Shown: piece after piece, positions 9,741 through 19,527 of the stretch
Layout of the letters: every line of letters begins with the position of its first letter
Position numbering within the stretch: position 1 is the first letter of the stretch
NCBI GenBank assembly: GCA_965224415.1
Contig: CBDCZB010000004.1
Span: 667,070-731,069, forward strand
Direction: 5' to 3'
DNA from: Dehalococcoidia bacterium
Lineage (GTDB): Bacteria; Chloroflexota; Dehalococcoidia; Lucifugimonadales; JAGWBF01
DNA: 64,000 nt
Program-made: the position numbers and the translations under genes
The notes under the pieces: model-generated
What the model saw: only the letters and a program-made list of their open reading frames with translations
Databases searched by the model: none
What the model was told of the DNA's origin: nothing

Positions 9741-10763
9741 TCACCGGCAAAGGTCTCGGATATGCTGGGCGATGAGGCCCACTTGCTCCCGGCCCGACTC
9801 CGTGAGTTCCATGCCGTCCAACGCCGCCAGAGCTTCGCGGCAAAGTTCCTCCACCTTCTCCTGGCAACGGTCCTTGGCGGACAGGCCGTTGAGTATCTCA
9901 CCTATTTTCTGGACGTCGGGCGCCTCAAGCACTCGCTTGAAGTAGAGGGTCCCCAACTCCCGCTTGACGGAAAGCTCCGCCGTCTCCAACACTAGCACCA
10001 CCGGAAACAACTTCTTCTTATTCAAGGTGTGGCTCGGAACGCTCCCTGTCCCGCCGGACCACAACTCTGCTGCGTCCTGCTGGATTTGCCAGGCAGTCCC
10101 CAAACGGGCGCCGCATGTCCCGAAGGCCGCCACTCCTTCATTGGACCCACCCCCGCACATAGCTCCCAGGGACATGGCCAGACCCGTTAGCGCTCCTGCC
10201 TTCAACTCAGCCATCTTTAGGTATGAGGCGACACCAACATCCAGCCGTTCCTGGAACACCAGGTCTTGGTGCTGCCCCTCAAACATGTCCAGACACGACT
10301 TGTCCAACGTCCGCAGCGCCGCAAGGGTCTGGTCCGCGGGGGCGCCGTTGTCCGCCATGCGCATGAGGGCCAACCGAGCAATAGCGTGCATTCCGTCGCC
10401 GGCGTTTATCGCCTGGCCCGGCCCCCATATCCACCACAACGACTCGCGAGAGCCTCTGTTGGGATTGCCCGACTGAATGTCCTCGTGTATCAGGGAGAAG
10501 TTGTACACCAACTCCACGGCAGCCGCTGCGGGAAGGGCGGGCATAAAGTCCCCTGATAGGGACTCGCACGCTGCCAGGCACATCATCGGATGCAGGCAGT
10601 GGCGGATTGAAGCCGTTGTGGGGTTCCCGTGCTGGTCCATCCAGCCCATCTGGTAATGGAACATGTTGTGGAGGAGTCCTTCTTGGCCGGAGAAGACCGC
10701 CTTTATCTCCTCGTCCAGAAGCTCCCGGCGGCCGGGTGTCAAGAGGTCCAGGGGACTGGCCAT
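9741..10763 (-). CDS. polyprenyl-synthetase-fold protein with degenerate Asp-rich motifs
   Basis: The trans-isoprenyl diphosphate synthase scaffold is recognisable (AAAVELVYNFSLIHEDI..., AINAGDGMH, FEGQHQDL, KAGAL, LGTAWQIQQD). The FARM reads HEDIQSGN and the SARM reads QQDAAE. Confidence 0.6.
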   Translation of the reverse strand: MASPLDLLTPGRRELLDEEIKAVFSGQEGLLHNMFHYQMGWMDQHGNPTTASIRHCLHPMMCLAACESLSGDFMPALPAAAAVELVYNFSLIHEDIQSGNPNRGSRESLWWIWGPGQAINAGDGMHAIARLALMRMADNGAPADQTLAALRTLDKSCLDMFEGQHQDLVFQERLDVGVASYLKMAELKAGALTGLAMSLGAMCGGGSNEGVAAFGTCGARLGTAWQIQQDAAELWSGGTGSVPSHTLNKKKLFPVVLVLETAELSVKRELGTLYFKRVLEAPDVQKIGEILNGLSAKDRCQEKVEELCREALAALDGMELTESGREQVGLIAQHIRDLCR

Positions 10764-10769
10764 GTCGCG

Positions 10770-11225
10770 CTATGAACCGCTCTTCTTGGCGGACTCTATG
10801 GCGCCGATCTTGTCTACCCGGCGCGAGTGGCGTCCGCCTTCGAATTCGGCCTCCAAGTACGCTTTGACCGTTTCAATGGCCGACAATTCTCCCACAAGTC
10901 CGCTTCCGATGCACACCACGTTGGAGTCGTTGTGCTCCCTGGCCATTCGGGCGCTGAGTGCATCAACGCACACCGCCGCACGGACTCCAGGCACCTTGTT
11001 CGCAGCTATGCTCATGCCGTTTCCGGTTCCGCATATCAGCACACCGCGGGCGGCCTTCGCCTTACTCACTGCTCTGGCGACCTTTTCCGCATAGTCGGGG
11101 TAGTCCACCGCGTCGTCGTCATAGCAACCCATGTCGTCGGGTTCGTGGCCCAACTCTCGAATCATGTCTATCAGGGACTGCTTCAGGGCAAATCCCCTGT
11201 GGTCGCTTCCTATGGCTATCCGCAC
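10770..11225 (-). CDS. rpiB: ribose-5-phosphate isomerase B
   Basis: MRIAIGSDHRGF, ICGTGNGMSIAANK and NDSNVVCIGS motifs. Confidence 0.9.
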   Translation of the reverse strand: MRIAIGSDHRGFALKQSLIDMIRELGHEPDDMGCYDDDAVDYPDYAEKVARAVSKAKAARGVLICGTGNGMSIAANKVPGVRAAVCVDALSARMAREHNDSNVVCIGSGLVGELSAIETVKAYLEAEFEGGRHSRRVDKIGAIESAKKSGS

Positions 11226-11243
11226 GCCGCTCCCTCCATACTC

Positions 11244-11915
11244 TTAAGCCACTTCAACAGACTCTGCGATCGCATCTTCTATCGCCTCCACGGTCAATGC
11301 GCCCGCACGGATTAAGCGCGGCCGTTCTCCGGTGAGGTCGATGACGGTTGAAGGCTGGCCTATCGGCGCCGGCCCTCCGTCGATTACGCAGTCAACCAGG
11401 TCTCCCAGCGCTCTTCTAACGTCCTCCACAGTTGCAGGGTCAGAGCCGCCCGTAGGATTGGCGCTGGTGCCGGTTATGGGGCATCCAAGGCGTCGGACCA
11501 ACTCCTGAGGGACCGGATGGTCGGGCATCCGCACTGCCACAGTTCCTCGCCCTCCAGTCACAACATCGGGTGTGTCAGGACCTGCCAGTACCACCAGCGT
11601 AAGGGGGCCGGGCCAGAAGGCTTCCATGAGAATTTCAGCCCTCGGGTTCAGCCTTAAGGCCACCTGCTCCACTCCAGGCGGGGAGGCCACGAGGAGCGGC
11701 AGGGCGGCGTTGCGAGGCCGTCCTTTTATGTCAAACACTCTCTCCACTGCTTCCAGGTCATTGAAGCCGGCGCCAAGGCCGTAGAGGGTGTCCGTCGGAT
11801 AGGCCACAACGCCGTGGTTCTTCAGGACTTCCACGCCTGTTTCCACAGCTTCCGAAAGACCGGAGCAGGCGTCATAGACGAGGGTTATCGGCGCTCTGGA
11901 CTTGACCCGTGACAT
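11244..11915 (-). CDS. tsaC: L-threonylcarbamoyladenylate synthase (TsaC/YwlC/Sua5 family, short form)
   Basis: VVAYPTDTLYGLGA, KGRPRNAALP, FWPGPLT and TSANPTG motifs. Confidence 0.85.
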   Translation of the reverse strand: MSRVKSRAPITLVYDACSGLSEAVETGVEVLKNHGVVAYPTDTLYGLGAGFNDLEAVERVFDIKGRPRNAALPLLVASPPGVEQVALRLNPRAEILMEAFWPGPLTLVVLAGPDTPDVVTGGRGTVAVRMPDHPVPQELVRRLGCPITGTSANPTGGSDPATVEDVRRALGDLVDCVIDGGPAPIGQPSTVIDLTGERPRLIRAGALTVEAIEDAIAESVEVA

Positions 11916-12012
11916 GTGTGAGAATCAACCGCGTTCCGAGTTTAATCCTGCCTTGACTGAGTATAGCACAGGCGCTATCTTGGGTCGAATTGTCCGGAGG
12001 CGGAAGGGAAGT

Positions 12013-13677
12013 ATGGCGGCGAGGGACAACGCTTCAAGCCACCGTGTAGCCACCAGCGACCACCTGGAAGTGTCCACCTACCTGGAAATCGCCCGCAAGG
12101 AAAGCGGCGCTTCCGACCCGGAGTCATCCCCTATAGGCGTCGGCGAGGGCGTCGTAATCGTAGATTTCGGTTCCCAGTACAGCCGCCTGATTGCCCGTCG
12201 GGTCCGCGAACTCAAAGTCTACTGCGAGATAGTCAGCCCCGACTCCGAATGGGAACAGGTCGCCGGCATCAACCCGAAGGGCGTGATCCTTTCGGGTGGA
12301 CCGGCCAGCGTCTACGACGAAGGCGCTCCGCTGGCCCCCGCCTGGGTGTATGACCGATCGCTGCCCGTCCTGGGGATTTGCTACGGGATGCAGGTGCTTG
12401 TGCACCAACTGGGAGGCAAAGTGGCCCCAGGTCTCAAACAGGAATTCGGCCACTCAGTCCTTCACCAGAACGTAGCCGACTCCCCCTTGTTCTCCGACCT
12501 GCCCAACTCCATGCCCGTTTGGATGAGCCACGGGGACAGGATAGAAGAGGCTCCCCCTGGCTTCTCGCCCCTGGGCTACACCGACAACTCACCCATCGCG
12601 GTTATGGGAAGCGGTTCGCGAATATTCGGCCTGCAGTTTCACCCTGAGGTGGTCCACACTCCCAATGGCAAGACCATCTTAGAGAACTTCCTCTATAAGG
12701 TGTGCGGCTGCCAAGAGTCCTGGACTCCCCTGAATTTCGTTAAGGAGTCGGTGGAGACCATCAAGAGTCAGGTGGGCGACGGTAAGGTGATATGCGCCTT
12801 GTCCGGTGGTGTGGACTCCGCGGTCACAGCTACGCTGGTCCACCATGCCGTTGGAAGCCAGCTGACCTGCATATTCGTCAACAACGGGCTGCTCAGGCTG
12901 GAAGAGCCTGAACGCGTGCTCAACACCTTCAGGCGGAACATGGACCTGAACCTGCTGTACATCGACGCCTCAGACCGGTTCGTAAACAAGCTGGCCGGAG
13001 TCATCGACCCGGAACAAAAGCGGCGCACAGTGGGCGAGGAGTTCATCCACGTCTTCGAGGAAGCCGCCAACGAGATAGAGAACACCCAGTTTCTAGCCCA
13101 GGGCACCCTCTACCCCGACGTGATTGAGAGCAGGACCCCCGAGAACACCGCCGCAGCACGCATAAAGACGCATCACAACGTCGGCGGGCTGCCTGAAAAC
13201 ATGCGTCTGAAGCTGGTGGAACCCCTTCGTTACCTCTTCAAGGACGAGGTTAGAGAAGTAGGGTTGGCCTTGGGTCTGCCGGAAGAGATGGTGAACCGCC
13301 AGCCCTTCCCGGGGCCGGGCCTGGCCATCCGAATCATCGGCGAGGTGACCCCTGAGAAGTTGGATACGCTGCGCGCATGCGACTGGATCGTCATCGACGA
13401 GGTCAAGAACGCAAACCTGTATCACCAGCTTTGGCAGAGCTTCGCAGTGCTTACGGACAGCAAGAGCGTGGGAGTGATGGGAGACTACCGCACCTACAAC
13501 CACGTTGTGGCCATACGTGCAGTCAGCAGCGAGGACGCCATGACGGCCGACTGGGTGCGCCTTCCCTACGACGTGCTGTCCAAAATCTCCAACCGAATTG
13601 TCAACGAGGTGCCCGGAGTCAACCGGGTGGTCTACGACATCACCAGCAAGCCGCCGGGTACCATAGAATGGGAGTAG
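12013..13677 (+). CDS. guaA: GMP synthase (glutamine-hydrolysing)
   Basis: GATase part (VDFGSQYSRLIARRVRE, ICYGMQ) and ATP-PPase part (SGGVDS), ending with GTIEWE. ATG 12013 with GGAAGGGAAG upstream is preferred over the track start 11902, which overlaps the divergent tsaC. Confidence 0.9.
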   Translation: MAARDNASSHRVATSDHLEVSTYLEIARKESGASDPESSPIGVGEGVVIVDFGSQYSRLIARRVRELKVYCEIVSPDSEWEQVAGINPKGVILSGGPASVYDEGAPLAPAWVYDRSLPVLGICYGMQVLVHQLGGKVAPGLKQEFGHSVLHQNVADSPLFSDLPNSMPVWMSHGDRIEEAPPGFSPLGYTDNSPIAVMGSGSRIFGLQFHPEVVHTPNGKTILENFLYKVCGCQESWTPLNFVKESVETIKSQVGDGKVICALSGGVDSAVTATLVHHAVGSQLTCIFVNNGLLRLEEPERVLNTFRRNMDLNLLYIDASDRFVNKLAGVIDPEQKRRTVGEEFIHVFEEAANEIENTQFLAQGTLYPDVIESRTPENTAAARIKTHHNVGGLPENMRLKLVEPLRYLFKDEVREVGLALGLPEEMVNRQPFPGPGLAIRIIGEVTPEKLDTLRACDWIVIDEVKNANLYHQLWQSFAVLTDSKSVGVMGDYRTYNHVVAIRAVSSEDAMTADWVRLPYDVLSKISNRIVNEVPGVNRVVYDITSKPPGTIEWE

Positions 13678-13730
13678 CGCCTCCGCTGATCGGAATCACG
13701 TCCGGTCACACGCCCTCCGAGGGGCGGTAG

Positions 13731-14984
13731 GTGAAGGTCCTCGTCATTGGTTCGGGGGCCCGGGAGCACGCTCTGGCCTGGGTTCTGTCCAAAAGCCCAA
13801 AAGTGGACCAGGTGTACTCCGCTCCAGGGACAGTCTCCCATTCCACTGGTTTGGGCGGGGTTCCCGACGATCCTGTCGAGATGGCCAACGTAGCAGCGGC
13901 CTATGCCATCGATCTCACGGTAGTTGGGCCGGAGACTCCCCTCGCGGCGGGAATCGTTGACCACTTCCGCCAGAGGAACCTGCCCATATTCGGCCCCACT
14001 CAGGCCGCGGCCCGTCTCGAGTCCAGCAAGTCCTTTGCCCGGCATCTAATGTTGACCCATTCCATCCCAAGCCCCGATTTCGTGATATTCGACGAATACA
14101 ACGCCGCCCGGAACTTCTTGATGAAGTACCGGCGTCCCGTCGTGGTCAAGGCCGACGGCCTGGCCGCGGGCAAGGGCGTGTTCGTATGTTCGAACCGAGA
14201 CCAGGCCCTCGGCGCCTTGGACGAGTGCATGGTCAACCGCACCTTCGGCTCAGCCGGTGACGTGGTTGTATTCGAGGAATGGCTTGAGGGACAGGAGGTC
14301 AGCGTATTCGCCTTCACCGACGGCGAGCACATATCCTCCCTGACGGCCGCCTGCGACTATAAGCGGGTTGGAGACGGCGACCAAGGCCCAAACACGGGAG
14401 GCATGGGAGCATACAGTCCGCCGAAGTTCTGGAACGCCGATATGGAGGACACAGTCCGGCGGCAAATAATGGAACCAGTGGTGAGGGCCATGGCTCTTGA
14501 AGGGATTCCATATCAGGGCGCCCTCTACGCGGGGCTTATGCTGACCAAGGACGGCCCCAAGGTGTTGGAGTTCAACTGCCGGTTGGGAGACCCGGAGGCT
14601 CAGGTCATATTGCCCAGGCTGGTGACCGACCCGGTGGACGTTATGTTGGCCTGCATCGAAGGCGCAGTGGACCGGTTGTCACTGGAATGGGCCGAATCTG
14701 CTACAGTTGGCGTGGTCAAGGCTTCCGGAGGCTATCCCGGCTTCTACAAGATAGGCTACCCCGTGTGGGGTCTGGACGCAGTGGACGATGACGCCCTGGT
14801 GTTCCAGGGCGGCGCCAAGACCGTGGACGGACCTCACGGCCCCATCACCTTGACCACTGGCGGCCGGGTCATGACGGTGGTCGGATCGGGAGAAACCCTT
14901 AAGGAAGCCAGTACCCACGCTTATGACAACGCCCGGAGAATCACGTTTCGCGGCGAACACTATCGGTCTGATATAGGCTTATAA
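13731..14984 (+). CDS. purD: phosphoribosylamine-glycine ligase
   Basis: GTG start after GAGGGG. MKVLVIGSGAREHALAW and ATP-grasp motifs. Confidence 0.95.
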   Translation: MKVLVIGSGAREHALAWVLSKSPKVDQVYSAPGTVSHSTGLGGVPDDPVEMANVAAAYAIDLTVVGPETPLAAGIVDHFRQRNLPIFGPTQAAARLESSKSFARHLMLTHSIPSPDFVIFDEYNAARNFLMKYRRPVVVKADGLAAGKGVFVCSNRDQALGALDECMVNRTFGSAGDVVVFEEWLEGQEVSVFAFTDGEHISSLTAACDYKRVGDGDQGPNTGGMGAYSPPKFWNADMEDTVRRQIMEPVVRAMALEGIPYQGALYAGLMLTKDGPKVLEFNCRLGDPEAQVILPRLVTDPVDVMLACIEGAVDRLSLEWAESATVGVVKASGGYPGFYKIGYPVWGLDAVDDDALVFQGGAKTVDGPHGPITLTTGGRVMTVVGSGETLKEASTHAYDNARRITFRGEHYRSDIGL

Positions 14985-15032
14985 AAGTCGTAATAGCAGC
15001 AATTTTATATCCAGAATTTGGGAGGTCGTAAA

Positions 15033-15491
15033 ATGCCTCTAGTGAGCATCATCATGGGAAGCCCGACGGACGAACCCTTTGCACAAGAGACCGCCAAGGT
15101 CTTGGAGGACCTCTCAATTGACCATGAGCTGAGGGTGATGTCGGCCCACCGCAACCCCGACCGCCTAAGAGAATACGTCACCGAGGCCCCAAGCCGCGGG
15201 ACAGAAGTGTTCATCGCCGCAGCGGGGGGAGCGGCGGCCCTGCCCGGCGCCGTCTCTGCCCACACCACCAAGCCGGTCATAGGCGTGCCCCTGGCCACCA
15301 GCGAACTCAAGGGAATAGACGCCTTGATGGCCATAGCCCAGATGCCTCCGGGAGTGCCTGTCGGTTGCGTAGCCGTGGGTTCATGGGGCGCCCGGAACGC
15401 AGCCTTCCTCGCCGCCTCAATTCTGGGCCTGAAATATGATAAAATCAGGGAAGCTTATGAGGACTACCGGAAACGACAGCGGGAGAGATAA
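15033..15491 (+). CDS. purE: N5-carboxyaminoimidazole ribonucleotide mutase
   Basis: VSIIMGSPTD, SAHRNPD and AAGGAAALPG motifs. ATG 15033 lies 8 nt after GGGAGG. Confidence 0.9.
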   Translation: MPLVSIIMGSPTDEPFAQETAKVLEDLSIDHELRVMSAHRNPDRLREYVTEAPSRGTEVFIAAAGGAAALPGAVSAHTTKPVIGVPLATSELKGIDALMAIAQMPPGVPVGCVAVGSWGARNAAFLAASILGLKYDKIREAYEDYRKRQRER

Positions 15492-16242
15492 AACGGGCGC
15501 CTCATCATACCTAACAACCAACGGACACCGCCCCGCTGTCATTTGCGATTTCGACGAGACAACAGCCGTCGAAAACGTGGCTCATCTGATCCTTAGTCAG
15601 TCCCCCGGGGCGACGTCCTGGCAGGACCTGCGCACTCAGTCCCAGTCCAACGACATCAGCTTCAGGGAATACCAGGAGGAGTCCTTTCGCAAGGCCGGGA
15701 TGGATCTGGAACAGATGCAGGACCTGGTAAGGCAAAACGCCACCCTGCGCTCCCATTTCAAAGAGCTATCCCAGCTCTGCCAATCCCACAACATACCCCT
15801 GGCCATAGTGACCGTGGGGCTGGACTTCTACGTGGACGCGCTTCTGGACAGGGAGGAGCTCGGCCACATACCCCGCTACTCCGCCTCTACTTCCTTCTCC
15901 GTCGACGGCATCGATTTCGACTACCCCCATTGCTGGGACGGGACCGGAGCGTCCAACCGGGAGACGTGCAGCCGATGGGGAACGTGCAAGTGCTCGGTGG
16001 TCAATGCCTACAAGCGGATGGGTCATAGCGTCATTTACGTCGGAGACGGCGTGTCCGACTATTGCCCTGCGTCGATAGCCGACTTCGTGTTCGCAAGAAG
16101 CCTCCTAGCCGAGGTCTGCAAAGACAAGGGCCTCCTACACGCCGAATTCGAGGACTTCAAGGACGTTGCCGACGCCATTCAGGCCGCAATGGACGCCGGG
16201 ATGACTCGACAAGGCCCTTGTGGGGAGGGAGAGGCGCGATGA
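15436..16242 (+). CDS. HAD-IB family phosphatase (MtnX / phosphoserine-phosphatase-like)
   Basis: DxDxT motif (ICDFDETT), TVGLDFYV and YVGDGVSDYCPA. The start (15436 or 15457) overlaps the purE 3' end. The stop overlaps the purB ATG (ATGA at 16239-16242). Confidence 0.6.
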   Translation: MIKSGKLMRTTGNDSGRDKTGASSYLTTNGHRPAVICDFDETTAVENVAHLILSQSPGATSWQDLRTQSQSNDISFREYQEESFRKAGMDLEQMQDLVRQNATLRSHFKELSQLCQSHNIPLAIVTVGLDFYVDALLDREELGHIPRYSASTSFSVDGIDFDYPHCWDGTGASNRETCSRWGTCKCSVVNAYKRMGHSVIYVGDGVSDYCPASIADFVFARSLLAEVCKDKGLLHAEFEDFKDVADAIQAAMDAGMTRQGPCGEGEAR

Positions 16243-17573
16243 TAGAAAGATACTCCCGGCCAAGAATGAAGGCCGTATGGTCCGACGAGAACAAGTACGG
16301 CAAGTGGATGCAGGTGGAGCTTGCCGTCTGCGAGGCGTGGACGGAAGCCGGTGTAATACCACTGGAGGACATGGAAGCACTCCGGGGCGCGCGCTATAAC
16401 CATAGCCGCATGGAAGAGATATTCGAGAGGACACGCCACGACGTGACCGCCTTCCTACAGTCGGTGACGGAGGGTCTTGGGGACGAGGGCCGCTGGCTCC
16501 ATTTGGGCATGACCTCCAGCGACATGCTGGACACGGCACTGAGCATGCAGATGGTGGAGGCCGGGCAGATATTGAAGGAAGACCTGGAGTCCCTCTCGGA
16601 AGCCGTTAGGACCCAGGCATTGGCTCACAAAGACACTCCGATGATGGGGCGCACCCACGGAGTCCACGCGGAACCCATAACCTTCGGTCTCAAGCTGGCC
16701 CTATGGTGGGACGAAGTGCGGCGCCACAGCGAAAGGCTGGACCAGGCCATCGAATCAATCAGAGTGGGCAAAATATCGGGCGCCGTGGGGACCCACGCGA
16801 CCATACCGCCGGACGTGGAAGAAAAGGTCTGCGCACGCCTGGGCCTTAACACGGCCCCTGTATCCAGCCAGATCATCCAACGGGACCGTCATGCCCACTT
16901 CATCACCACATTGGCTCTTATAGCGGCGTCCCTGGAGAAGTTCGCAACCGAAGTCCGCTCTCTCCAGCGCACCGAGGTGCGGGAGGCCGAGGAACCGTTT
17001 GGTGAAGGTCAGACAGGCTCGTCGTCCATGCCCCACAAGCGCAACCCGGAGCTTTCCGAGCGAGTGTGCGGCCTGGCCCGCCTCATTCGGGGCCACAGCG
17101 TGACAGCCCTGGAAAATGTCGCCCTCTGGCACGAGAGGGACATCAGCCACTCGTCCGCCGAACGTCTGATAATCCCGGACTCCTGCCTGGCTCTGGACTA
17201 CATACTCGACCTCTTCACCGGAGTGGTCAAAGGCCTGAGAGTCCACCCGGAGCGGATGCTGGAGAACATGGAGAGCGCCCGCGGGCTGCTCTTCAGCCAG
17301 CGGACCATGCTGGCCCTCATCGAAAAGGGGCTTCCCAGGGAAAAGGCCTATGCGATAGTGCAGAGGCACGCCATGCCAAGCTGGGACGAGGGGCTGGACT
17401 TCCGACAGCTGGTCAAGGCCGACCCGGAGGTGGCCTCCCGGCTTTCACCCGAAGAACTGGCGGACATTTTCGACTATGGATACTATCTGAGGTACGTGGA
17501 CGAGACCTTTCAGCGTGTGGGACTGGCGGCCCAAAAAGTCGGGGCTGGCCAGGCGGTGGAGGAGCAGCGATGA
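16239..17573 (+). CDS. purB: adenylosuccinate lyase
   Basis: [20 protein letters not shown] and the fumarate-lyase signature [11 protein letters not shown]. The true ATG is at 16239, internal to the longer track ORF. Confidence 0.95.
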   Translation: MIERYSRPRMKAVWSDENKYGKWMQVELAVCEAWTEAGVIPLEDMEALRGARYNHSRMEEIFERTRHDVTAFLQSVTEGLGDEGRWLHLGMTSSDMLDTALSMQMVEAGQILKEDLESLSEAVRTQALAHKDTPMMGRTHGVHAEPITFGLKLALWWDEVRRHSERLDQAIESIRVGKISGAVGTHATIPPDVEEKVCARLGLNTAPVSSQIIQRDRHAHFITTLALIAASLEKFATEVRSLQRTEVREAEEPFGEGQTGSSSMPHKRNPELSERVCGLARLIRGHSVTALENVALWHERDISHSSAERLIIPDSCLALDYILDLFTGVVKGLRVHPERMLENMESARGLLFSQRTMLALIEKGLPREKAYAIVQRHAMPSWDEGLDFRQLVKADPEVASRLSPEELADIFDYGYYLRYVDETFQRVGLAAQKVGAGQAVEEQR

Positions 17574-18478
17574 TCATAGAGGCGGAGCTTCCCAACAGGC
17601 TCTATCGGGGAAAAGTGCGGGATACGTTCGACCTGGGCGACGGGCTGATGCTTATGGTCGCCACTGACAGGATTTCCGCCTTTGACGTGGTGCTGCCCAA
17701 CGGCATACCAAACAAGGGCCTGGTGCTGTCCCGCATTTCGGACTTCTGGTTTCATCGCACTAAGTCCGTAGTGGACAACCACCTTGTCGGGATGGCGGAC
17801 GACCCTGCAGCCGTCGCAAGTGTTGGCTCAGACACTGGAATCCTTGTGGACCTGGACCCGGAAATCGCTCGGCAGGCCATGATTGTCAAGCGGGCCAAAC
17901 GAATCGACGTCGAGTGCATCGTCAGGGGATACCTGGCCGGATCGGCCTGGTCCGAATACCGCAGGCAGGGCACGGTCTGGGGCGACAAGCTGCCTGAAGG
18001 AATGGTGGAAGGAGCCGTCCTCCCGGAAGCCATTTTCACCCCCACTACCAAGGCCGAAGAGGGCCACGACGAGAACATGAGCCGCCAGGAAGTGGCCGAC
18101 ATGGTGGGAAAGGAGACGGCGGACCGGCTGGAAGCCCTGAGTTTGGCCGTCTACAATCACGCCCACGACTACGCCAGGGAGAGGGGAATAATCCTGGTGG
18201 ACACCAAGATGGAGTTCGGCATCCTCGACGGTGAGCTCATCCTAATCGACGAGCTGCTGACGCCAGACTCGTCCAGGTTTTGGGACGCCCAGGGCTACGT
18301 GCCCGGGAAGTCACTGCCCAACTTCGACAAGCAGTTCGTCAGGGACTGGTTGGACGCCCAAGGCTGGGACCATGAGCCTCCGGCCCCCAACTTGCCCGAC
18401 GACGTAGTAGAACACACCAGCCGCCGGTACCTGGAGGCCTATCGCAGGCTGACAGGCCAGGACTTGGCTGCCAATTAA
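17570..18478 (+). CDS. purC: phosphoribosylaminoimidazole-succinocarboxamide synthase
   Basis: LYRGKVRDTFDL, ATDRISAFD and LIDELLTPDSSRFW motifs. The ATG overlaps the purB stop (ATGA). Confidence 0.95.
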   Translation: MIIEAELPNRLYRGKVRDTFDLGDGLMLMVATDRISAFDVVLPNGIPNKGLVLSRISDFWFHRTKSVVDNHLVGMADDPAAVASVGSDTGILVDLDPEIARQAMIVKRAKRIDVECIVRGYLAGSAWSEYRRQGTVWGDKLPEGMVEGAVLPEAIFTPTTKAEEGHDENMSRQEVADMVGKETADRLEALSLAVYNHAHDYARERGIILVDTKMEFGILDGELILIDELLTPDSSRFWDAQGYVPGKSLPNFDKQFVRDWLDAQGWDHEPPAPNLPDDVVEHTSRRYLEAYRRLTGQDLAAN

Positions 18479-18495
18479 ATTAGGAGACACCCAGA

Positions 18496-19227
18496 TTGCC
18501 GGAATCGAGAAGACGCCGCCGCCCTAGGGGAGGTCCGGCGAGGAGCCAAAGGAGCAAGGCCCAGGAACAGGCGCCGCCAGGTTTCGGGACTAGAACCGTC
18601 CAGAAGCTGGGGATAAGGCCCAGGGTTTGGCGTCGAATGCGACGGTGGGTGTATCTGGCGTCGGCGGGCCTCATCGCCGCTCTGGTGATACTCAGCTTCG
18701 GCCTGACCTCTTTCCCCGCCGGCGGTAGGGCGGGGTCGTCCGCCGGAGGCCCCACTAAACCAGAGGAAGGCATTGGCACAATCTACGCGGACGAGGGCGC
18801 CGTTCACGTTAACGAGCCCACGTCAGTGGTGTACACCACCGTTCCGCCCCACTCTGGCAACCATTGGCCCCAGTGGGCGGATTGTGGAGTCTACACCAAC
18901 GAGCTGCCCGACGAGCGCATAGTCCACAACCTGGAGCACGGCCAGATTGTCATCAGCTATAATCTCCCGAACCCTGACGACGTCGCCCAGCTTGTAGCTC
19001 TAACCAAGGAATTGGAGGAATTCGACTTTTGGGGAATCCTCCGTCCCTACTCCAAGCTCGCCGAGGGGAAGGTCGGAATGTCAGCCTGGACCGTGATTGA
19101 CGTGATGGACGGCGTGGACGAGGAGCGCATCACACGATTCTATGACGAGTACTACCGCAACAGGTTCAGCAACGAGACCCAGAGCATCGGCAGGGGAATA
19201 CCTTGCGGATCCACCATGGGCAGTTAG
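18496..19227 (+). CDS. DUF3105-like membrane-anchored protein
   Basis: TTG start 8 nt after AGGAGA, a basic N-terminus, one TM helix (WVYLASAGLIAALVILSF), then PPHSGNHWPQWADCGVY...VHNLEHGQIVISYN. Confidence 0.7.
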   Translation: MPESRRRRRPRGGPARSQRSKAQEQAPPGFGTRTVQKLGIRPRVWRRMRRWVYLASAGLIAALVILSFGLTSFPAGGRAGSSAGGPTKPEEGIGTIYADEGAVHVNEPTSVVYTTVPPHSGNHWPQWADCGVYTNELPDERIVHNLEHGQIVISYNLPNPDDVAQLVALTKELEEFDFWGILRPYSKLAEGKVGMSAWTVIDVMDGVDEERITRFYDEYYRNRFSNETQSIGRGIPCGSTMGS

Positions 19228-19231
19228 CCGG

Positions 19232-19495
19232 ATGTTCATAGCCCGCATATACGTCTCCTTGAAACCCACTGTTAACGACCCTCAGGGGCTGACCGTACAA
19301 AGCAGTCTGAAGACCCTGGGATTCGACGGCGTCGAAAGCGTAAAGGTGGGAAAATACCTGGAGGTGAAGCTGGACGGAGAGGACCGGGACACAGCCCAAC
19401 GCGCGGTAGACGAGATGTGCGGCAAACTGCTGGCCAACCCGGTCATAGAGCAATACTCCTTCGAACTTGAAGACCTGGGGGCCGAAGGCCCCTAG
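19232..19495 (+). CDS. purS: phosphoribosylformylglycinamidine synthase subunit PurS
   Basis: 87 aa: MFIARIYVSLKPTVNDPQGLTVQSSLKTLGF...ANPVIEQYSFE. The start is internal to the track ORF. Confidence 0.85.
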   Translation: MFIARIYVSLKPTVNDPQGLTVQSSLKTLGFDGVESVKVGKYLEVKLDGEDRDTAQRAVDEMCGKLLANPVIEQYSFELEDLGAEGP

Positions 19496-19527
19496 CGGAC
19501 CCGACGGCTCACCCGATCCGTTCCCCC

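Noticed and set aside
11902-12012. Track start of guaA at 11902, which gives a 591-aa protein.
   Set aside because: It would overlap the divergent tsaC start (11915) and add a non-conserved extension. ATG 12013 has a purine-rich RBS and leaves a normal divergent promoter spacer.
16062-16238. N-terminal extensions of purB (from 16062) and purC (from 17066) in the ORF track.
   Set aside because: The extensions are Arg/Gly-rich out-of-context sequence that overlaps the upstream genes. The conserved protein N-termini begin at ATG 16239 and ATG 17570, each forming an ATGA overlap with the preceding stop.
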